NCBI GenBank assembly: GCA_003518365.1
Contig: DOYU01000021.1
Span: 492 to 64,491, forward strand
Length of the DNA: 64,000 nt
Source: Candidatus Magasanikiibacteriota bacterium
GTDB taxonomy: Bacteria > Patescibacteriota > Patescibacteriia > Magasanikbacterales > UBA922
Direction: 5' to 3'
A program made the translations under genes and the position numbers. The first letter of the stretch is position 1; every line of letters starts with the position of its first letter. Under the pieces are notes generated by a model. It was not told the origin of the DNA. It saw nothing but the letters and a program-made list of their open reading frames with translations, and did no database searches. Below are positions 27,988 through 37,283 of the stretch, one piece after another.

Positions 27988-29219
27988 ATATGCACAGCCC
28001 TCTTTCTTCAATTCAACAACTACAATCAATATTAAGTAGTCCTTCGAAAAAAATCGGATTCCTTTTTGGGGCTGGAATTTCAATGGAAAAAAAAGATAAG
28101 AGTGATTTGGTGGTAGGAACTGATGACAAAAAAGATGAGAACGGTAATGTAATAAAAGAAGGAATGACAAGTCTCGCAATTAAAAATTTATCAGAGGAAC
28201 AAAAAAAAGCTGTAGATTTAATAAAGAATGAGGTTGAAACAGAAAATAAAAAATTTAACATCGAAAGTCTCTTATCAAAAATTTCTGAAAAAGAAAGAGC
28301 TGTTGGCGATCAAGAGCTTTGTGGTTTAACAAAAGAAAAATTATTAAATTTGAGAAAGGATATACAGGATAAAATAAGAGATTTGGTTTCCGTACATAGG
28401 GTGGATGATAAAGAAATTGATATTGAGGCATTAAATCACAGCACATTTGCTCAATGGATTAGTAATGCTGATAGAGAATTCTCAGTAGAAATTTTTACAA
28501 CAAATTACGATTATCTACTAGAACTAGCACTTGAAAAACAAGGAATTCCCTATTTCGATGGTTTTGTGGGTAGTTATGAAGCATTTTTTTGCCCTGAATG
28601 GATTGAAGATGACACGCCTGTCAAAAATTGGGTAAAGCTATGGAAATTACATGGTTCACTTGGTTGGGCACAGAATAGTAAAAAAGAAATAATTAGAACA
28701 TCTGGTAATACCGGTGCGGCGATGATATACCCTTCATTTTTGAAATATGACCATTCCAAAAAACAGCCATACTTGAGCTATATGGATAGATTGTCCGATT
28801 TTTTAAAGCAAGAAGATTCTGTCTTATTTGTTTGTGGTTATTCATTTGGAGATGAACATATAAATGAAATAATTTTGACAGCACTTACGCACTCTCGCTC
28901 ATCACATGTATTTGTGTTGAAAAATGGAGAAATGGAAAAATCTAGCCATCTTTCAAAAGAAATTGCACAAAAAAATTCTAGAATTTCAGTTTATGCAAAA
29001 CGTACCTGTATTATTGGAGGTAAATTTGGAGAATGGAAGCTCGATAGAGAACCAGACAGAAATGAATCCTACAACATATTAGATTATGCTTTTGATGAAG
29101 ACGCTACACCTGATGGAGTACCATGGACAGGAAGAGGTGATTTTCGTCTTGGAGACTTTAAAAAATTTACGGAGTTTTTAGAGCTTTTCTACCATAATTC
29201 GAGATATATCAATAAATGA
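27984..29219 (+). CDS. sir2: SIR2-family domain protein, the NADase partner of the SIR2-HerA system
   Basis: GFLFGAGIS...FTTNYDYLLE...KLHGSLGW...VCGYSFGDEHINEII is the SIR2_2-type motif set. The start ATG overlaps the DUF2779 stop (ATGA). Confidence 0.75.
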   Translation: MNMHSPLSSIQQLQSILSSPSKKIGFLFGAGISMEKKDKSDLVVGTDDKKDENGNVIKEGMTSLAIKNLSEEQKKAVDLIKNEVETENKKFNIESLLSKISEKERAVGDQELCGLTKEKLLNLRKDIQDKIRDLVSVHRVDDKEIDIEALNHSTFAQWISNADREFSVEIFTTNYDYLLELALEKQGIPYFDGFVGSYEAFFCPEWIEDDTPVKNWVKLWKLHGSLGWAQNSKKEIIRTSGNTGAAMIYPSFLKYDHSKKQPYLSYMDRLSDFLKQEDSVLFVCGYSFGDEHINEIILTALTHSRSSHVFVLKNGEMEKSSHLSKEIAQKNSRISVYAKRTCIIGGKFGEWKLDREPDRNESYNILDYAFDEDATPDGVPWTGRGDFRLGDFKKFTEFLELFYHNSRYINK

Positions 29220-29220
29220 C

Positions 29221-30999
29221 ATGAGAAATAAAGAGACATTTATAGGTAAAGTGAGAAGTGTCACAGGTAGTACGCTTGCTATTGAGTTACACGAAGATAT
29301 TAGATCAACGTTACCTATTATTGATGGGATATTATATAGAATTGGACAAATTGGTTCTTTTATAAGAATTCCTTTTGGTTATGTTGATTTATATGGAGTA
29401 ATTACACAAGCTGGATCAGACGCTATACCAGAAAAATTAGCGGAGCAAGAGGGTTTGAAAGGATCTCGCTGGATTAAGGCTACTCTTATTGGAGAAAGGG
29501 TCGGTAATAGATTTGAAAGAGGGGTGTTGCAATTTCCTATTGCTGATGACGAAGTTCATTTGGTCACGAAGGATGATTTGGAATTGATATATGGTGGAAT
29601 TGATGAATCAAAGTCAATAGTAGTTGGACAGGTCAGTGCCTCTGAAAATCTGTCAGCAAGAATAGATATAGACAGATTAATTAATAGACATTGCGCCATA
29701 CTTGGCTCTACAGGAAGTGGAAAATCAAATACAGTTTCTGTAATACTAGAAGCAATTGCTTCTAGACATCATGATGATGAAAATATAAAAAGTACGAGAA
29801 TTCTTTTGGTCGACCCTCATGGTGAGTATGGCGATATTTTAAAAAATTATAGTCAAATATTTAAGTTAGGAGCAGACTTGTCAAAAGGAGAAAAAGAACT
29901 AGTTGTTCCATATTGGGCTTTACCTTTTCAAGAATTTATAAAAAGTTTTCCAGGTAATCTAACTGAAAAGCAGGAAGAGTACATACGTGAAGAAATTCTA
30001 CAAAGAAAGATTAAGGCTTCTAAAAAATTAAATCCTATTCCACAAGAGGAGGCAATTACAGCTGATAGCCCTATCCCTTTCAGTATTAAACAACTATGGT
30101 TTGACCTTATTGATATAGAGCAAAAAACTTTTAATAACAAGGAGTTAACCGAAGTCGCACTCGAATCACTAGGCGATCCTGAGGCACTTAAGCCTAACAA
30201 ATACTCCATAGCGTCAACAAATAATACAGCCCCTTTCAGTAATAACAGGGTTGCGCAGGGTATTTCAAGTTTTTTAAACTTAATGCGGAATAGAATTTTA
30301 GATCAAAGATTTAAGTTTTTATTCAAACTAGACACGCTCTCTCCTGGTATTGACGGAACTATTTCAAGTGATTTAGACAGTCTCATTGAAAGTTGGATTG
30401 GGACAGAGAAACCAATAACTATTTTAGACCTATCGAGTATACCCTCTGAAATCATGGGTTCAATTTCTGGTTCTTTGCTTTCAATAATTTATGAATTTCT
30501 ATATTGGGGACAGAATGAAGATGTGGGAGGTCGCCAAACACCTATTCTGTTTGTACTAGAAGAGGCACATAATTATCTAAAGTCAGGCGAGAATTCTATT
30601 GCCTCAAGAACTGTACAAAAAATTGCAAAAGAGGGTAGAAAATATGGTTCAGGTTTACTACTCGTAACCCAACGACCTTCTGAACTGGATGATACTGTTT
30701 TGAGTCAATGTGGTTCAGTTATCGCGTTGAGAATGACAAATTCTAGCGATAGAGGCCACGTAAAGAGTGCTGTCGAGGATTCCCTAAACGAGTTAGTTGA
30801 TTTGCTTCCGAGCCTAAGAACAGGTGAAGGTTTAATTATGGGTGAATGTGTAAAATTACCTATGCGAACTAAATTTTCTAAAACTAGGGAATCTAAAAGT
30901 ACAGACCCACTTGTTTCTAAGCAGTGGAAAACAACTCTTCCAGAATCCTCTAACTATAATAAAGTTTTAGAAAATTGGAGAAATAATAAATTTTCTTAA
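29221..30999 (+). CDS. herA: HerA-like (DUF87) ATPase/helicase, partner of SIR2
   Basis: Walker A AILGSTGSGKSNTVSVILE, Walker B ILFVLEEAHNYL, and LLLVTQRPSELDDTVLSQCGSVIALRMTN (sensor/arginine-finger region). Starts 2 nt after the SIR2 stop. Confidence 0.8.
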   Translation: MRNKETFIGKVRSVTGSTLAIELHEDIRSTLPIIDGILYRIGQIGSFIRIPFGYVDLYGVITQAGSDAIPEKLAEQEGLKGSRWIKATLIGERVGNRFERGVLQFPIADDEVHLVTKDDLELIYGGIDESKSIVVGQVSASENLSARIDIDRLINRHCAILGSTGSGKSNTVSVILEAIASRHHDDENIKSTRILLVDPHGEYGDILKNYSQIFKLGADLSKGEKELVVPYWALPFQEFIKSFPGNLTEKQEEYIREEILQRKIKASKKLNPIPQEEAITADSPIPFSIKQLWFDLIDIEQKTFNNKELTEVALESLGDPEALKPNKYSIASTNNTAPFSNNRVAQGISSFLNLMRNRILDQRFKFLFKLDTLSPGIDGTISSDLDSLIESWIGTEKPITILDLSSIPSEIMGSISGSLLSIIYEFLYWGQNEDVGGRQTPILFVLEEAHNYLKSGENSIASRTVQKIAKEGRKYGSGLLLVTQRPSELDDTVLSQCGSVIALRMTNSSDRGHVKSAVEDSLNELVDLLPSLRTGEGLIMGECVKLPMRTKFSKTRESKSTDPLVSKQWKTTLPESSNYNKVLENWRNNKFS

Positions 31000-31010
31000 T
31001 TATTAAACAT

Positions 31011-31223
31011 ATGGAAAGAAAACCAGTACAATCATCAAATCTTGCTGCTATTGGATATGATCCTTTGACAGAAACTTTGGAGGTGGAATTCACAGATGGG
31101 TCTGTCTATGAGTATAAGAACGTCTCTCAATTTATATACGATGAGCTGATGAATGCTTCGTCTCATGGTTCTTATTTTAATAGAGAAATCAGTAAAAGTT
31201 TTCCGTATGAGAAAATAGGTTAA
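31011..31223 (+). CDS. KTSC-domain small protein (70 aa), last gene of the operon
   Basis: PVQSSNLAAIGYDPLTETLEVEFTDGSVYEYKNVSQFIYDELMNASSHGSYFNREI matches the KTSC domain consensus. Confidence 0.7.
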   Translation: MERKPVQSSNLAAIGYDPLTETLEVEFTDGSVYEYKNVSQFIYDELMNASSHGSYFNREISKSFPYEKIG

Positions 31224-31242
31224 ATATGAAATAGGATTGTTT

Positions 31243-31289
31243 GAGGGAGGGGCAATTCTCCTTTTTGATTCCCCTCTTCCCCCTCCCCC
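31243..31289 (+). terminator. Putative imperfect G/C-tract hairpin with an internal T-run at the end of the defence operon
   Basis: GAGGGAGGGG-caattctcctttttgatt-CCCCTCTTCCCCCTCCCCC. Confidence 0.35.
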
Positions 31290-31401
31290 AAACCAGAAAT
31301 AGAAGTTTTGAATGAATAGAATTAATTGGATACAATTGGACGTAGTTAATATATCCAAAAACCAATAATCTGTTATACTTTCATAGAAGTATCATTCTCA
31401 C

Positions 31402-33249
31402 ATGAAACATTCAACATTCCACTATCATCTATCACGTATGACCCTCCTCTTTCTCATACTGATCCCCATCCTCATCATTATTGTGGGGATGTATGTTTTC
31501 TTTTGGAAAAACGCTGTACCAACAGGAGAACAATTTGTGACCGTATGCTCGGATGAAGATGTGTCGTGCCACCCGACGAATCTCCCGTATCAAGATGCAA
31601 CACTTCCGACTCAGGAACGAGTTGTTGATTTGCTCGGCAGGATGACTCTGGCAGAAAAAATAGGACAAATGGCACTTGTTGAAAAAAATAGTATTAAAAA
31701 CAACAATGACATTGCAACGTATGGACTTGGTGCCATTATGAGTGGTGGTGGAGGAAAACCCACTGACAATAGTCCTACAGGTTGGAAAGACATGATACAG
31801 TCATTTCAAACAAAGAGCCAAACAACACGTCTTCAAATTCCCCTCTTGTATGGCGTGGATGCAAATCATGGACATGGCAATGTACCAGGAGCAACAATTT
31901 TTCCACACGCTATCGGACTTGGCGCGACAAACAACGCGGAACTCGTAAAAAATATTGCAAAAGCAACCGCACAAGAAGCAGAAGCGACTGGCGTTAATTG
32001 GATATTTTCTCCAAATCTTGACGTGACAAACGATGTCAGATGGGGACGAACGTATGAGACGTTTGGTTCAAACACAGAAACCATCGCTAAACTTGGACAA
32101 GCATCTATAGAAGGTATGAACACGGTGCCGACGATGCTTGCGGGCGCAAAACACTTTATCGGGAATGGTGCGACCGAGTGGGGATCATCTGAAAACAAAA
32201 ATTTTTTTATCGACCAAGGCAATGCTTCTGTATCTGAAGAAGAATTGCGAAAGACGCATCTGATACCCTTTATCTCCGCCATTGATGCTGGAGCCAAATC
32301 AATTATGATTGGTCTCAATCAATGGAACAATGAAAAAATTATATTTCACACATATCTTATACAGGATGTATTAAAAGGTAAGCTTGGATTTGACGGATTT
32401 GTCTTCTCAGACTGGTATGGCGTATACGAGGGGGAATCAAATAAATCAACAGCACTCATCAGTGCCATCAATGCTGGCGTAGATATGGTGATGCTTCCCT
32501 ATGATTACACACAATTCTCTCGTATCATGCACCGCGCCGTACAAAATGGCGATATTTCAGAAGCACGGATTGATGATGCTGTGACGAGAATTCTCACGGT
32601 AAAATTTGATAAAGGACTTTTTGATACAACACCAACAAACGTCTCAGACCTCGACATCGTCGGATCAAAAGAACACAAAGATCTTGCACGAATTGCAGTA
32701 CAACAATCTCTGGTGTTGTTAAAAAATAAGAACGTCCTTCCCCTCTCTAAAAAAGTGAATTCCATATTTATAGCAGGATCGAGCGCAGATAATATTGGAA
32801 GACAATCTGGTGGGTGGACAGTAGAGTGGTCTGGTATTGATGGAAATTGGATCCCCGGAACGACGATATTGGAAGGAATAAAAAACACCGTATCCCCTAC
32901 CACGAATATTCAATATGACATGCAGGGATCATTTCCAACACAAACAGAAAAAGCAGATGTTGGTATTGCGATTGTAGGAGAAATGCCGTATGCAGAAGGC
33001 TGGGGAGACAATGCACACCCATCACTTTCTGAAGAAGATATCAATACTATTGAAGCATTGAAAGCACAGAGTAAAAAAATTGTAGTGATTATTGTTTCTG
33101 GTCGTCCGCTTGATATTGCCCCATATATTGACGAGTGGGATGCCGTTGTGGCCGTATGGCTTCCTGGTTCTGAAGGAATGGGAATTGCAGATGTTCTGTT
33201 TGGAGATGTTTCATTCACAGGGAAACTTCCTATTGAGTGGACATGGTAA
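31402..33249 (+). CDS. Glycoside hydrolase family 3 (beta-glucosidase / beta-hexosaminidase-like) with N-terminal TM anchor
   Basis: MTLAEKIGQM, GVDANHGHG, and GFDGFVFSDW with the GH3 catalytic Asp in context. Confidence 0.8.
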   Translation: MKHSTFHYHLSRMTLLFLILIPILIIIVGMYVFFWKNAVPTGEQFVTVCSDEDVSCHPTNLPYQDATLPTQERVVDLLGRMTLAEKIGQMALVEKNSIKNNNDIATYGLGAIMSGGGGKPTDNSPTGWKDMIQSFQTKSQTTRLQIPLLYGVDANHGHGNVPGATIFPHAIGLGATNNAELVKNIAKATAQEAEATGVNWIFSPNLDVTNDVRWGRTYETFGSNTETIAKLGQASIEGMNTVPTMLAGAKHFIGNGATEWGSSENKNFFIDQGNASVSEEELRKTHLIPFISAIDAGAKSIMIGLNQWNNEKIIFHTYLIQDVLKGKLGFDGFVFSDWYGVYEGESNKSTALISAINAGVDMVMLPYDYTQFSRIMHRAVQNGDISEARIDDAVTRILTVKFDKGLFDTTPTNVSDLDIVGSKEHKDLARIAVQQSLVLLKNKNVLPLSKKVNSIFIAGSSADNIGRQSGGWTVEWSGIDGNWIPGTTILEGIKNTVSPTTNIQYDMQGSFPTQTEKADVGIAIVGEMPYAEGWGDNAHPSLSEEDINTIEALKAQSKKIVVIIVSGRPLDIAPYIDEWDAVVAVWLPGSEGMGIADVLFGDVSFTGKLPIEWTW

Positions 33250-33262
33250 ACAGTGTTTTTCT

Positions 33263-33793
33263 ATGCCAACAATAACTTTCAAAACAACACTCCTCACCAT
33301 TGGCTCATGGACTATTCTTCGATTGCCAAAACAGGCAAGCGCGAAACTCCCCTCTCGCGGCATGTGTATGGTGGAAGGAAAAATCAATGATGTGCCATTT
33401 CAGACACCACTCGAACCAGATGGTGAAGGTAGTCATTGGTTTCGTGTCGATGCCACACTGGCAAAGAAAGCTGGTGTGCATGCAGGTGACACCGTCACAC
33501 TCGCAATCGAACCAATGAAAGAATGGCCAAACCCAACGGTGCCAGCAGATCTAAAAAAAGCACTTGCTACGAATAAAAAGGTTGCGCAAGTGTGGGAAGA
33601 CATCACACCAATCGCGCGCTGGGACTGGATCAGATGGATCCGTTCGACAAACAATGCCGACACACGAAAAAAACGCATCGACGTGGCATGCTCGAAAATG
33701 ACAAGTGGCATGAAGAGACCGTGCTGCTTTAACCGCAGCATGTGCACCGAACCGAAGGTGTCGAAAAGCGGTGTGCTACTCGACATAAAGTAA
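33263..33793 (+). CDS. DUF1905 plus YdeI/OmpD-associated (OmdA-like) family protein
   Basis: Pattern ...LPSRGMCMVEGKINDVPFQTPLEPDGEGSHWFRVDATLAKKAGVHAGDTVTLAIEP..., then WDWIRWIRSTNNADTRKKRI. The track ORF was trimmed to MPTITF because the upstream part overlaps the GH3 gene. Confidence 0.45.
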   Translation: MPTITFKTTLLTIGSWTILRLPKQASAKLPSRGMCMVEGKINDVPFQTPLEPDGEGSHWFRVDATLAKKAGVHAGDTVTLAIEPMKEWPNPTVPADLKKALATNKKVAQVWEDITPIARWDWIRWIRSTNNADTRKKRIDVACSKMTSGMKRPCCFNRSMCTEPKVSKSGVLLDIK

Positions 33794-33924
33794 TGCTTGA
33801 CTTTTGCCAAGCACTTCGATAGAGTATATTCACTATGAATCGACGAGCATACACAACATTTGTACCGCCAACCTACACTTCTCCCCCGGGTGTATAGATA
33901 TTTTTGTATCAAACTGTTACTAAG

Positions 33925-33952
33925 CACCCGATCGGGTGCTTTTTCTTACTTC
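33925..33952 (+). promoter_or_regulatory. Hairpin plus T-run only ~15 nt upstream of the proA start. Possible leader attenuator, or terminator of the upstream gene.
   Basis: AAGCACCCGATCGGGTGCTT-TTTCTTAC. Confidence 0.35.
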
Positions 33953-33966
33953 TCTTATATTCATCT

Positions 33967-35148
33967 ATGAAGACTGAACAAAAAAACAATGTCCTCACCT
34001 CCCTCGCCACATTACTCCGAGAGCAAACGGATGCCATCTTACACGCCAATACACAGGATCTCGACAATGCGTCTGATATGGATACAGCATTGCGCGAGAG
34101 ATTGGCACTCGATGCTACAAAAATTCAAAGCATGATTACGTCGATTCACACCATTCTGACACTGCCAGATCCTGAACAAAAAATCATTTCTGCATACACG
34201 CATGACAATGGCCTCGTGATAAAAAATATGACTGTGACTTTTGGCACGATCTTGATTATCTATGAATCACGTCCGGATGTGACGATAGAGGCATCCGCGC
34301 TCGCCTTCAAAGCAGGCAACACGGTACTGCTGAAAGGTGGAAAAGAATCTCTCCATACCAATCTCGCTCTCATCGATCTCTGGCACAAAGCATTGTCTAT
34401 ACATGATATTGATACGTCATATGTAACATATCTCGATATGGACAGAGATGACACGCAATCACTCATTGCAAACAACACACATGATGTTGATCTCATCATT
34501 CCACGCGGCGGCGAAGGGTTGATTTCGTTTGTAGAAACACATGCAAGCGTGCCAGTCCTCGTGAGTGGGCGCGGCAACAATTTTCTCTATCTTGATAGTG
34601 ACGCGGATATCGACATGGCAATTGATATTATAAAAAACGGAAAATCGCGCATAAGCGTGTGCAATGCACTTGATAAAGTATTGATCAATGAGCAGGTGTC
34701 TGACGAACATATCCGCATGATCACATCCACAGTGCATGATGCTGGCATTGCGCTCCTCGGCGACGAACACATTGTAGCAATTGATGAACGCGTGATGCGC
34801 GTCGAAGATATGGAAGCAATTCTCAAAAAAGAATTTCTTTCTGCGACGCTCTTTCTTCACGTGGTAGACACTCTCGACACAGCAATATATATGATCAATA
34901 CCTATTCTGGCGGACATTCAGCAAGCATCGTCTCAAACAATGCTGCACACGCGGACACATTTCAACAGCAGGTTGACTGTGCTGCCGTCTATCACAATGC
35001 ATCATCGCGTTTTACGGATGGCGGACAATTTGGACTTGGTGGAGAAATCGCAATCAGTACTCAAAAGCTCCACTGTCGTGGTCCCATCGGACTCGATAGT
35101 CTTGTGACAAATAAATGGTTCATCACTGGAACCGGACAAATTAGATAA
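33967..35148 (+). CDS. proA: Gamma-glutamyl phosphate reductase
   Basis: Start at MKTEQKNN aligns with the ProA N-terminus. C-terminal GPIGLDSLVTNKW is the ALDH-superfamily ProA end. Confidence 0.85.
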   Translation: MKTEQKNNVLTSLATLLREQTDAILHANTQDLDNASDMDTALRERLALDATKIQSMITSIHTILTLPDPEQKIISAYTHDNGLVIKNMTVTFGTILIIYESRPDVTIEASALAFKAGNTVLLKGGKESLHTNLALIDLWHKALSIHDIDTSYVTYLDMDRDDTQSLIANNTHDVDLIIPRGGEGLISFVETHASVPVLVSGRGNNFLYLDSDADIDMAIDIIKNGKSRISVCNALDKVLINEQVSDEHIRMITSTVHDAGIALLGDEHIVAIDERVMRVEDMEAILKKEFLSATLFLHVVDTLDTAIYMINTYSGGHSASIVSNNAAHADTFQQQVDCAAVYHNASSRFTDGGQFGLGGEIAISTQKLHCRGPIGLDSLVTNKWFITGTGQIR

Positions 35149-35155
35149 CCGTATT

Positions 35156-35923
35156 ATGAAAAGAAAAAAAATCGTCCTCAAACTTGGCACATCGACCCTC
35201 ACAGCAGGCAGCACCCATATCTCGTATGGAAAACTGGAAGACATTGCAAGACAACTACTCGCCTTGCGTGACACGTATGATATTATCGTTGTTTCTTCTG
35301 GTGCGATCGCCACAGCAAAACAATTTGTGTCTCTCTCCGGCAATGGCAACACCGTTGAATTGAAGCAGGCACTCTCAGCGATTGGCCAGCCAAAATTGAT
35401 GAGTATGTATGACGAAGTGTTTGAAAAGTTTGGCTTACACATGGCGCAGTGTCTGCTCACAAATCGCGATATTGACCACGATGTCTCACGAACAAACATA
35501 AAAAATACGCTTGATGTGTTGCTTGCAAATGGATACACACCTATCATCAATGAAAATGATACAGTCGCCATCGAAGAAATTATGTTTGGTGACAACGATG
35601 CACTTGCTGCACACGTGGCCGTGATCGCCGAGGCAGACTTGGTCGTGCTTGCATCAGACGTGGATGGCTTGTATGATCGAAATATACACATAGATAAAGA
35701 TGCCATCCTTATCACCGAGGTGTCAGATTTGCAATCTGTCGAATCATACATTGGAGAAAGTACGACAACACTCGGCACCGGTGGCATGAGATCAAAATTA
35801 AAATCAGTTGAAATTTGTAGAAACGCGGGCATTGAAGTCTGGATTGTGAACGGTCAAAAACAAAACTTTCTTGTCGATGCACTCGAACATAAGATTCAAT
35901 TCACTACATTTACCACCACCTAA
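35156..35923 (+). CDS. proB: Glutamate 5-kinase (no PUA domain)
   Basis: IVLKLGTSTL...VVSSGAIA...NENDTVA...FGDNDALAAHVA. Confidence 0.85.
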   Translation: MKRKKIVLKLGTSTLTAGSTHISYGKLEDIARQLLALRDTYDIIVVSSGAIATAKQFVSLSGNGNTVELKQALSAIGQPKLMSMYDEVFEKFGLHMAQCLLTNRDIDHDVSRTNIKNTLDVLLANGYTPIINENDTVAIEEIMFGDNDALAAHVAVIAEADLVVLASDVDGLYDRNIHIDKDAILITEVSDLQSVESYIGESTTTLGTGGMRSKLKSVEICRNAGIEVWIVNGQKQNFLVDALEHKIQFTTFTTT

Positions 35924-35924
35924 T

Positions 35925-36692
35925 ATGAAACATGGATTTATTGGATTTGGGAATATTGCGCACGCCCTCCATGCAGGATTGCAAAAAAATCAAGACAACA
36001 CATTCAAATATATCTCAAAGAGTACGCCAAACGAGAATCTCGATGCGGCAAAGAATATTGGTGACCTCGCAGAATGGGCAGATGTGATTTGGCTTTGCGT
36101 GAAACCACAACAAGCAGCCGAGGTTCTCTCTGAACTGCGCGGCGCAGATCTCTCAAACACGATCGTTGTCTCCCCTATTGCCGGAGTAAAGATCTCAACA
36201 CTGCAAGAAACACTCGGCACAGATATGCCTCTTGTCAGAATTATGCCAAATCTTGCCTTGCAGTACGGACATTCTGTCACTGCGTTTTGTGCGAGTGAGA
36301 TGGATGATGATGTGAAAAAAGTGTACGTTGCACTCGAAACCATGGGCATTGTATTGCATCTGACTGAAGACAAATTTGATCTGTTCACTGCCCTGTTTGG
36401 CAGTGGCCCAGCATTTTTGCTCCGCGTGTTGAACGTCTTTCAAGAGCAAGCCATTGTCTTGGGAATTTCTGAGCAAGAAGCTGCATCACTGGTATTAACA
36501 TTACTGAAAGGGACTACTGCATATCTAGGTGAAAACAAAGAGCAAAGTATCACAGAACTCATTGCACAAGTCGCAAGTAAAGGCGGCGTGACAGAAGCTG
36601 GATTGCACTATTTTGATGACCATCATATAGCGCAGTCATTTCAAGATATGATCTCAATTGCAAAGGAACAATCTGCACGTCTGGGGACGTAA
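35925..36692 (+). CDS. proC: Pyrroline-5-carboxylate reductase
   Basis: Internal Met gives MKHGFIGFGNIAHAL (NADP Rossmann fold) and a P5CR C-terminus (GGVTEAGL). Confidence 0.8.
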   Translation: MKHGFIGFGNIAHALHAGLQKNQDNTFKYISKSTPNENLDAAKNIGDLAEWADVIWLCVKPQQAAEVLSELRGADLSNTIVVSPIAGVKISTLQETLGTDMPLVRIMPNLALQYGHSVTAFCASEMDDDVKKVYVALETMGIVLHLTEDKFDLFTALFGSGPAFLLRVLNVFQEQAIVLGISEQEAASLVLTLLKGTTAYLGENKEQSITELIAQVASKGGVTEAGLHYFDDHHIAQSFQDMISIAKEQSARLGT

Positions 36693-36758
36693 TACATTAC
36701 CATTCTTTTGTCATGAACGACAAAGTGGTATATCATACGACATACATACACTATCACT

Positions 36759-37283
36759 ATGGCTGCAACGCAGGGAGATATCGAACAACTCTTCATGACA
36801 CTCTACGACACGTATCAAGATGCGATTTTTCGGCATTGCTATTTTCGTGTCTATCATCGAGAGATTGCAAAAGAGCTTGCGCAAGAAGCATTCATGAAGG
36901 TCTGGAACTATCTGCAAAAAGGAAATACACTCGAACACCCCAAAGCATTTCTCTATAAAATAGCGACAAACACAGTCATCGACTACCGGCGACGAAAAAA
37001 AGAACAATCACTGGAACAACTCCAAGACACAGGATTTCAAATCGCTGATACCGATCGAATGGAAGAAACCGTGGACGGGAATATGGCCATGGCACACCTC
37101 AGAGAAGTCCTCGACACGCTCGAAGACATCTATCGCGAAGCCTTTCTCTTACGCTATATCGAAGGATTGAAACCAAAAGAAATCGCCGTGATGACTGGCG
37201 AAACCGTGAATGTCATCTCAGTAAGAATCACAAGGGCAAAACGTCAGGTACAGCAGAAGATGAAACACATCCCAACGGTATGA
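36759..37283 (+). CDS. ECF-type RNA polymerase sigma factor (sigma-70 regions 2 and 4)
   Basis: Region 2 FMKVWNYL...; region 4 LKPKEIAVMTGETVNVISVRITRAKRQV. Confidence 0.8.
   Translation: MAATQGDIEQLFMTLYDTYQDAIFRHCYFRVYHREIAKELAQEAFMKVWNYLQKGNTLEHPKAFLYKIATNTVIDYRRRKKEQSLEQLQDTGFQIADTDRMEETVDGNMAMAHLREVLDTLEDIYREAFLLRYIEGLKPKEIAVMTGETVNVISVRITRAKRQVQQKMKHIPTV

Noticed and set aside
31224-31401. Possible att-site direct repeat of the tRNA-Trp 3' end (TTGATTCCCCTC versus GGTTCGATTCCTAC) at the far end of the AT-rich island
   Set aside because: Only ~8 of 14 nt match. No integrase gene is present in the island. Too weak to call an integrative element boundary.
35002-35832. 276-aa minus-strand ORF spanning the proA/proB junction
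   Set aside because: Antisense to two well-supported genes and crosses their intergenic gap; no motifs.
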